From assembly GCF_000315625.1 (NCBI RefSeq), contig NW_005434668.1, positions 688,533 to 752,532 of the forward strand: a stretch of DNA of 64,000 bases, read 5' to 3'. Below, piece after piece: positions 56,130 to 64,000 of this stretch. Under the pieces are notes generated by a model, which saw only the letters and a list, made by a program, of their open reading frames with translations, did not search any database and was not told the DNA's origin. The DNA is from Guillardia theta CCMP2712 (Eukaryota; Protista; Cryptophyta). The translations under genes and the position numbers were made by a program. Position 1 is the first letter of the stretch. Every line of letters begins with the position of its first letter.

Positions 56130-56194
<65 letters not shown>

Positions 56195-56837
56195 GGGCGT
56201 CAAGAAGAAGACAGTAGAAGCGGGAAAGGGCTCAGGTCCAATGCAGCCTGGCGTAAAGAAGTTGGATGGGACCAGGAAGAGAAGTCAGGAAAACTCCAAG
56301 GTCGACGCCAAGAGAGGTGCAGATATAGACACGGGGACCGATGTTAAGGGGGAGAAGGCTGCGAACAGATCAGCCGACATGAAGTACAAGTCTCTTGTAG
56401 AGCCGTCCCGCCAACAGAGTAGGAAAGAACAGTTTCTGAAAGCGTTTGAGAGACTTCAAACGATGTCCATGGAAGAGCTCCAGGTGGAGTTCATTGTTTG
56501 CTTGCGAGCGAAGCATTACAAGGATGCTCTGATGTACTCGGAGATCATCTTGAATCAAGATCCCAACAACCCGATCATACGCCAGTTTCAACCTCTGCTC
56601 GCAAGCATTTCTGTTCAAGAAAATGAGAGGCTGGTCGACTCCACAGACTCTGACGACACGGGCGAGGAAGGAGACGGTCGGGATGAAGCTCTTGAAGGGG
56701 AGGAGCAGGAGGTCGAAGGAGGGGAGGGTGAAGGAGAGGAGGGCGCATCAAACTCTGACAGCGATGACCCCGAGACAAATTGGATGTGGTCGCCGACATG
56801 GAGAACAGACGCAGATGAGCTGAACCAGCGAGCGTAA
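55935..56837 (+). CDS. ERICH2-like (glutamate-rich protein 2) protein with a Gly/Ala N-terminus
   Basis: EELQVEFIVCLRAKHYKDALMYSEIILNQDPNNPIIRQFQPLL followed by an acidic tail resembles the ERICH2 core. Confidence 0.6.
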
Positions 56838-56900
56838 GGGGCTCAAGAAGCCTCGGCTTGCCTTAGCATGTACACTCTTTGCTATCTACATTATCATACA

Positions 56901-59900
56901 TCAGTCTGAATCGCAGCTTCCCGCATCTTCCATGGCTCCTCCTCCCTTGCTCGCTTCATGTGCAGGCAGGCGAGGAGCAATGCGGTTGGCTTGAGATCGG
57001 AACAAGTCCAAGACCTTCAAGGCACATGATGAGAGAAGAGAAAAGACGCCCCCGAGCTCCATCACCTGCTCGCATGTCGACGCCTCCTCCATAGTCTTGT
57101 CGTGTCTGATCCGCAGGAATCGGGGAAAGCGAAGGGCAAGGCCCCTGCCTTCAGGCCCCTCCCCCACTGCCGCCATGTGGACCGGACTGTTCCACGTTGA
57201 GCACAGCACAGCACAGCACAGCACAGCATAGCACAGCACAGCACAGCATAGCATAGCACAGCACAGCACAGCACTGGATTGACCTGGCAGTCAGCTCGGC
57301 TCCTCGGATCTCCCACACCTGCCAAGGCGTCAGGGGTGAGGGAGGAGACGATCGATCCACCTCCGAGGCCTCGAACCAAGTAGAAGGGTTTTCTCCGGTG
57401 ATGTAATCTGACGCACAAGCACGTTGAGGTGCCTATAGGAGTAGCAGCAGGAAGAGACGCACAGGAGGGAGGCGACGTGACGATCTTGTCCTTGAACCGA
57501 GCTGTCGCCTCCTTGTAGAAGGCGTCGGTGAAGCCCGACATCACCTGGAGGGGATCAGGTGGACAAGAACATGCTACCCGCTCACCCGGCAGATCGACTG
57601 TAACTCTCCAGTTTCTGGGTTCTGGACGGCCATGAGCCAAGGAGAGAACCATCCTGCCTTTCGTCCGCTCCCTGCTTTACTTCAGCGCTCCTCCTTCTCG
57701 CTCCCTCATCCTCCCAGAGACTACCATTCCATGCTCCTATTGGAATCAAGTCCAGCGAGTCTGCCAAGCCCTCCACGTAGTCTTTCTTCACCTGCCCACG
57801 AGTTGTGAGGCATAGGGAGAGGAGGGCAGGAGGACCTTGAGCCAGGCGTCTGAACGCTTCCCCGGGTGATAGGGAGCATCCGCCTGCTTGACCACCAGAC
57901 CTGCAAACTTGTCAGAGCAGCTCCTACTGTGAGCACAAGAACCTTCGCATTGAGCCTCCAGCGCTTCGAGCAAAACAGCGTGAGCTCCTTCAACCCTCTC
58001 CTCCTGCTTCTCCTCCTGCTTCTCCTCCTGCTTCTCCTCCTGCTTCTCCTCTGCATCATGACGGAATGGAAACAGCCGACCGCGTGCCATTTCAATATCC
58101 CTCCGCTGGGCGATGGCATCCTTGTGCAAATATTACAATTCAGAAGGGTGTGAGGAGTCAAATAGGAAGCGGGGGGGAGTGATGAACAGAACGAGATTCA
58201 AGTTGATGAACGAGGAGTAGAAGCAGGAAGAAGAAGTTCAGACAGACTTCGCTCAGAAATTCCACGAGCTTCTGCCGACGGACTCTGAGCGGCTCTCTGA
58301 CTAGCGAGTCGCTTCCTAGGAAGAGCAAGTCGAACACAAAGACCTTGACGGCGACAGAAACATCAGCAGAGTCGAGCTGCAACGAGACTTAGCAACGAGA
58401 CATGAGTTTGGAGGAGCCAGGCTGCTAGCCTTGCGATCTGCGGTAGCTCTTGAGCGAGTAGACAGCTGCTGGAAGGGGAGAAGAGCTGGGAGGGCCGAGT
58501 AAGATGAGGGTTAGGCGAACACGATGAGAGACCTCCTGTGTTGGTGTCCACTGCGACCATCTCGGCATCGAGGACCAGCTCTCTTCCAGCAGCAACGTGC
58601 TGACGTCATCACCGTCATGGTACAGCAACCCACGGAAATATTACCTGCATAGTTTCAACCACGTCGGGAAATGAAGCTGTGCAATCCTCGCAGTTTCTTG
58701 AGAATATCTTGACCTGTTCATTCACTGTTACCTCCCCTGTCACTACCTCTACCTCTACCATGACTGTCCCCCTCTTTTGACTCTCCTCCCTCTCGTCTTA
58801 GCTTCACTAACCGCTCCGCTCTCGGCAGAAACATGGATCATCGCTCGTTGTCCATCGTATCTTGATCAAGTATCAGGAGGACAGGGCACCGCATCTCATA
58901 CTTGTATTCAGCTAGGAAGCTGCATCCCTTGCCGTATCTCTTCTCGAACTTGCCGATGGCGTCCGCCATGCCCGTTGCTACCTGTAACCGAACCCTTCAC
59001 CAGAGAGACTGAGGAGGGGAAGCAGGTACCTTAGCAAGCATCGGCTTGAACGGAGTTCCTGGAGTAACCGTGCACTTCTTGACCATGTGGTCGATGCCTC
59101 CTTCCAGGAGGGCTGGGACGAGTACTGCAGGAGAAGCGTAAACGTCATCAACAGCCAAGCTGTTCATTGACGGACCATTGAGGTTCGGACACTCTGAGTA
59201 AGCAGTGGATGCAGCAGCTGCCGCGAGCTTCAGCTGCTCTTCGATGAGGACTGAGAACTTGGTAGTGCCCTTGACCGCTTTCTTCGGAGGGTTTCGCTTC
59301 GCGGTAGCCTGAGGTTCTACTTCCTCCTGCTTGATGGACTTGTCTTGCTCCAGATGGTATGCGGTCGCCAGTGCTCCCAGCACGAGCGTCGTGTTCATAC
59401 CTATGCGCATGTGCTGCACAAGGAGGGTCAAGAGCGCGAGGCAACGACGAGCTCACCTGCAGGAGGGTGCGGACTATGTAGCGCGTCTCCTGTTCCCTGC
59501 AGCTGCGCAAGAGTTTGGTCATCAAGGCCTTGCGACGAGCGGAGCTTCCTGCTCCTCCTTCATTGGCGATCGCCTTGAGGGTCTTGAAGACGTCTCGAAC
59601 TGTGAGGGGAGTGGGTTGGCAGATGAGCCGTTGGTTCCTGCGGAAGCTTTGAGCAACATCGCCGAGGTCTCCTAGCTGGTAACTTGAGTCAGAGGAGGAG
59701 CTCAAGTCACATGACAACCTTAGCGTAGGCCTCGTGCATTCGCGATCGACTGACTCCTGTCACCTCCGCCACAGCATCTGATATCGCTGAGTCCCCGACG
59801 TTGAGCTCAATCCCCTCGTGTGCTGGAGCGATCTTGCCGACAGCCAGGTACACCGCGGGCAGGACGTCTTCGGGTGTCAGGCAGAGGATGCTGCGGAACA

Positions 59901-60528
59901 TGTTGCACATGGCTGTTCGTAGTTTGTACCTTCCTTTCTCGTTGTCGATGGTGGAGAAGGTTCGAGCGAGATGCAGGTACGGAGCAGGCTCTCCTCGCTT
60001 CCAACAAGCATCTTGCTCAGGATTATAATCATCTGCTAAGATCCTGGAGCTGTCAAACTTGTCTGACTGACTTCCGCTGGTACTGTCCTCTAGCTTTAAC
60101 TTCTTGTCAGTCGTTTCTATCTGACTCCCGCCGGTGCTGTTGTCTAGCTTGATCCACTTGTCTGTCAGTCTCGGCTCAGAGTCTTGTGCTTCATCTGCTG
60201 CTGGACGCTCCTCGCTTTCGCTTGAATCAAGCTCGATGACTTCATTCTCATCACGCTTGGGTTCAGCCTCGCGCAGATTCCGTTTGCCCTGGTCAACAGT
60301 CTCGTTGGCTTCTTGAGATGCCGGTGTGCCTGATCCCATAAAGAACTTGAGGATGGAAGACTGCTTGCTCGGGCTCCTTGTGCTGGCTCGGCTCTCACGA
60401 GATGTTCGCTCCTTCTTCACTTTCGTAGCATTCGAACTAGCTTTACTCCTCTTAGCAGCTTCCTGCGCTTCCTCTCCTCGTCTCTTTCCTCTTCCTTTGC
60501 TGCCACCTCCACCGCCATCGCCGCCCAT
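56901..60528 (-). CDS. ATP-dependent DNA ligase (ligase I superfamily, LIG6/Adl1-like) with an N-terminal PIP box
   Basis: CWKRGEPAPYLHLARTF, FKPMLAK, EYK/YDGQRA (motif I), IFSRN, [64 protein letters not shown]. Confidence 0.92.
57200..57274. repeat. (GCACA/GCATA)n microsatellite in a ligase intron
   Basis: About 14 pentamer units. Confidence 0.9.
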
Positions 60529-60688
60529 TGCTCGTAATGGGACAAGCAATCTGCAAGCAATTGCTTATAACAATTTGGGTTCGAGGGGGATGAGTGTTAA
60601 GTCTGGTGATGAGGCGGATCTGGCGGCGGATCGCATTCTCAGTTGTTGGGGGATGAGGGGCGCCAGTAGGCCGTCCGTCCGATCAGCC

Positions 60689-63463
60689 ATGGCGAACGAA
60701 GGCGTGCTAGCACGGCTGATGCTGCAGCAGAACGAGGGGGGAGGGGAGGGGGAGGAGGCTGATGCCCTTCCTTGGGGGCTCGGAAGCCTCGGACAGCTTG
60801 CAGAGTCGGTGAGGGAGAGACAGGCCGAGCCTCCTCCAGTTGTATGCCATGACGCTTGCGTTGCAGCTGACCAGACCAGCGCTGGAGCTGCTGGGGGTGG
60901 GAGGAGCAAAGGAGGAGGTTCGCGATGCAGCATGGTGGAAGCAGACGCGTCCTCGACCTTACAGAGGCAACTCAGCAGACCCATCGATCCCTGAAGAAGA
61001 AGTGTGACCAGGCTGACATAGTGGTGGGTTGAGGGCTGACAGGAACGCAGACCAGGAGAATCTTAGCAGAGCAAGCGGTAGCTGCCGACAAGCAGGCGGC
61101 AGCACAGATGGCAGAATTGATCAAGCAGAAAGGTGATTGATCTCACCAGGATGAGCTACCTCCTGACGAGTTTGATGTAGAGAGAGAAGAAGCGAAGTTG
61201 TTGGAGATGATCCTGATGGTACGAGCTCTCCCGTAGCGCTCTCCACTCAAAGTTCGCGGGCAGACTCAAGACTTCGAGACCACGGAAGCAATCAAGAAGC
61301 GAACATCCTTCTTGGGGAGGCCTGCCGAGAAAGCAAGGCTCAGAATGTTGAAGTTTCAGGTGGAACTGATTTGAAGCTGGTGGATGTTGTAATGAACGTG
61401 AGCAGATCGATCGTAATGAGAGAGAGCAGCAAGCTTGCCTCTTTGCTCATCTCTACAGCGATGCTGAAGAAGAGCATCGACTCAAAGAAAACGAGTACAA
61501 GATGCATCAATCGAACAAGAAGAAGGTGGAGGGTCAAGGTTGTCTGCGGGCATGTGACTGAACAGCAGGCGTCTGATCGAGCTGCCAAGTATCGAGCTGA
61601 AGAGAAAGGAGCGCGAGCAGCAGCAGCAGCGCTCAAGGTGTGTTCGCTTGCTTGCCACGAGGAGAGCTCAGCTTGCCTTGCCTTTGCTGCTCAGGCTGGC
61701 GGGAATCAAATGAGAAGTGCGATGGAGAAAGCGCTGGAGGCATCAAAGCAGTACGCAGAGCAGGCCAGAGCGCAAGAGGATCTTGCGAGAAATGCTCGAA
61801 GACTAGAGGCGGAGGCATATGAAAAGATGCAGCAAGAAAGTGAGAAGATGAGGATCTGCCATGCTCAGGTGCCTCTGGATGCCCACAGCAGAGGCTGATC
61901 TGGTCCAACAGGTCAGAGCGAACAAGATGACAGCACGTGTAATCTACAACTACCTCTCTGGTGCTGAATCCCAACAGCTCATGGTGACCGACTCATACTC
62001 TCAGACGGAAATCGTTGATAATGAGTGGCAGGAGCTCATCAAGGAAGATTCAATGCTCGACAACTTCATCCAAGAATGGGAAAAGCGTCTGAAATCAGTT
62101 GCTTTAGCATCCTTCTAGAACTTCATTGCTGAGATTTAAACAGGTTCCAAGAGGAACTCCCGCCGCTTTCATGATTCAGGGGCAGATCGACACCTACCTC
62201 AAGCGGAAAGACATCGTTGCCATGGAGAAGCGCATGTACGTGCCATGGTACTTGCAGGTCTGCGAAGAGATAAAAATAAAGGGTAGCTGAGCTGCTGGAC
62301 CAGGAGAAGAAAGACCCGAAGCATATCTTCGAGGAAGAGATCGTAAAAGGCGAGATTGACTTCAAGCATCACCCCGAGCCCCGGAAGGTTGTGTGGATAG
62401 AAGAGAAGCAGTTCGCCAAGGACGGCATCATCTGCGTCGGACGAGGGTCTGTCGGCACTCTCGCATCTCCTTCTTAAAGTTCTCTCAGGCCAGTCGGACC
62501 TCCACTAGCCTTGCGGAAGAAAGTTGTACAGACAGAAGGGGAGAACGTGAGTCCTGCTGTTGTGAAAGAGCAAGCTTGTTGAGACACTGGCAGGAACACC
62601 CGGACATTGAGCTTCCCGAAGAAAGTTGTGATATCCTGTTTGAAAAATCGATTGTGGTCCGAACAGACTTTATTGAAGAAAGTGACAACGTTGCGGGACG
62701 ATACTTATCCAGGTCAGTGGAGTGAGAAAGAGACGCGAGCTCTAAAAGAGGTTGTAATCGCAGGAAGGATTTCGAGGCGAACAACAAAGACACCCTCACA
62801 GCACTTAATCACCAGGAGTTCAAACGAATATGGGGACAGGATGAGCGGCACGATGTGAGAGGAACGCAAGAAATCTGCAGCGCGAAACTTCGTCATCGCC
62901 CTGACTTTCGTTGGTGCTGCTCCTGGGTGGACAGGAATAACTTTGCCAAGTACAAGCTGCCCAACTCGTTCCTGCTCGGACCTCCTAAGAAACCCTTCGT
63001 GCACGTGAACGCTCCTGCCTTGCACAACGACGACAAGCCGGGCAGCATCAATGGGCCCGACGGTCAGCCTCGACGATTTGCAAGAATACACAAGTGGATC
63101 AAGAAGTTGGGCGAGTACGTGGAGGAGGGAGAGCTTCTGCTGGAGCTTGAGATCTACAACCATCGACTGATAGGGAAGATGAACGAGACTGGAAGATACT
63201 TGCCCGGCACTCGTTACTTCGATGATGGCGACTACAGAGACCATGAGGATCAACTGCCCAACAATTTTGTCAAGAACGACAAGGGGGAGATAGTGCAGCA
63301 AGTCAGAAGCACAGGGGAAGGCCTCTTAACGGGTCTAGTGCGCGAACCAGGCAGCAAGGTCTTGAGCTTTGACAACCTTGCCTACCTGGATCAAGGTGAC
63401 GAGAATTGGAAACAAGTGCTGCTGCCCATCGACGAGTGGCCAATTGAATTCTTTTCGGCATAG
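60689..63463 (+). CDS. Multi-exon coiled-coil protein with a C-terminal biotinyl/lipoyl-like domain (may be more than one gene)
   Basis: Coiled-coil exons 61050-62100. Last exon VNAPAL...ARIHKWIKKLGEYVEEGELLLELE...NDKGEIVQQVRSTGEGLLTGLVREPGSKV. Confidence 0.55.
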
Positions 63464-63562
63464 CAATTTTACTTCCATGGAAAAGAATTCGAAAAGAAAC
63501 AAAGAAAGCAGAGTGGTCCCTTCACCCTTACAATACAACAAGATCTAAACATGACAGAAGAG

Positions 63563-64000
63563 TTAATCTATGATGTGCCTCGCACCGTCGAAGGAGGCCT
63601 TTCGTTGCCTTCCAGTCAGCTGCACGTTGATCCCTGCCCCCGTTGTAGATCTGAGAATGTCCGTGGCAGGGTTGTAGGTGCGAAGCCCAGGGACAGGAGG
63701 GCCGTTCTTGGGCTGCGAAAGCCTCTCCCAGAACGGAGATCGCAGCGTCCGTGTGAGCTTGAGAGGCTGCGGGTCTACAGGTACAGCAGGGGGGAGCATG
63801 AAGCGCCTGGGGCTCTGCTCCTTGTCGACCTGATCGGTTTCCCTGTCGTTGACCTGCTGCTTCGCCTCGCGCTTGTGAGCTGGGGTGAAGGACCTGATAG
63901 GCGACGGCGGGGATAGATAGCCAATGCTCGAGATCCTCGACCGTCGCACGAGTCGGTGATGGTGCAGATCTATAGAGTCCGTGTCTCTCGTCTCCATAAT
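63563..64000 (-). CDS. 3' part of a hypothetical gene running out of the window
   Basis: Open minus-strand frame with S/P/R-rich low complexity. Confidence 0.35.
   Translation of the reverse strand: MMETRDTDSIDLHHHRLVRRSRISSIGYLSPPSPIRSFTPAHKREAKQQVNDRETDQVDKEQSPRRFMLPPAVPVDPQPLKLTRTLRSPFWERLSQPKNGPPVPGLRTYNPATDILRSTTGAGINVQLTGRQRKASFDGARHIID

Noticed and set aside
15312-60528. Functional cluster of DNA or ubiquitin genes (TopA, ligase, USP22, CAND1)
   Set aside because: They are far apart, on mixed strands and interspersed with unrelated genes. Nothing supports co-regulation.

Overview
Eukaryotic nuclear DNA with densely packed genes, many short (about 40-60 nt) GT/GC-AG introns and longer introns filled with polypurine/polypyrimidine microsatellites. 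Bipartite signal-peptide-plus-Phe presequences point to an alga with a red-derived complex plastid, most plausibly a cryptophyte of the Guillardia/Hanusia type (inference). The six-frame ORF track mostly shows exon fragments and antisense shadows, so I reconstructed gene models by eye and the end coordinates are approximate. About 25 genes are present: EF-hand/coiled-coil protein, C2-MAP3K, TPR co-chaperone, NAA40, TKL pseudokinase, plastid PfkB kinase, cyanobacterial-type TopA, tandem-PDZ protein, CGL160/Atp1-like protein, nucleoplasmin-FKBP, LysM protein, beta-helix protein, USP22/Ubp8, ZIP transporter, axonemal-dynein-light/EF-hand protein, FAN-like BEACH protein, CAND1, ERICH2-like protein, LIG6/Adl1-type DNA ligase, lipoyl-like domain protein and several hypotheticals. 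Most notable findings: (1) an organelle-targeted bacterial type IA topoisomerase fused in frame to two eukaryotic HMG boxes, a candidate single-chain nucleoid relaxing and packaging protein; (2) a 46-bp antisense copy of a CAND1 coding exon just after the CAND1 stop codon, next to a BEACH gene that lacks its WD40 domain; (3) a LIG6-type ligase with a PIP box and no beta-CASP domain; (4) a lipoyl-fold domain with a large insertion at the lipoyl turn. I recognised no rRNA, tRNA, CRISPR array or intact transposon.
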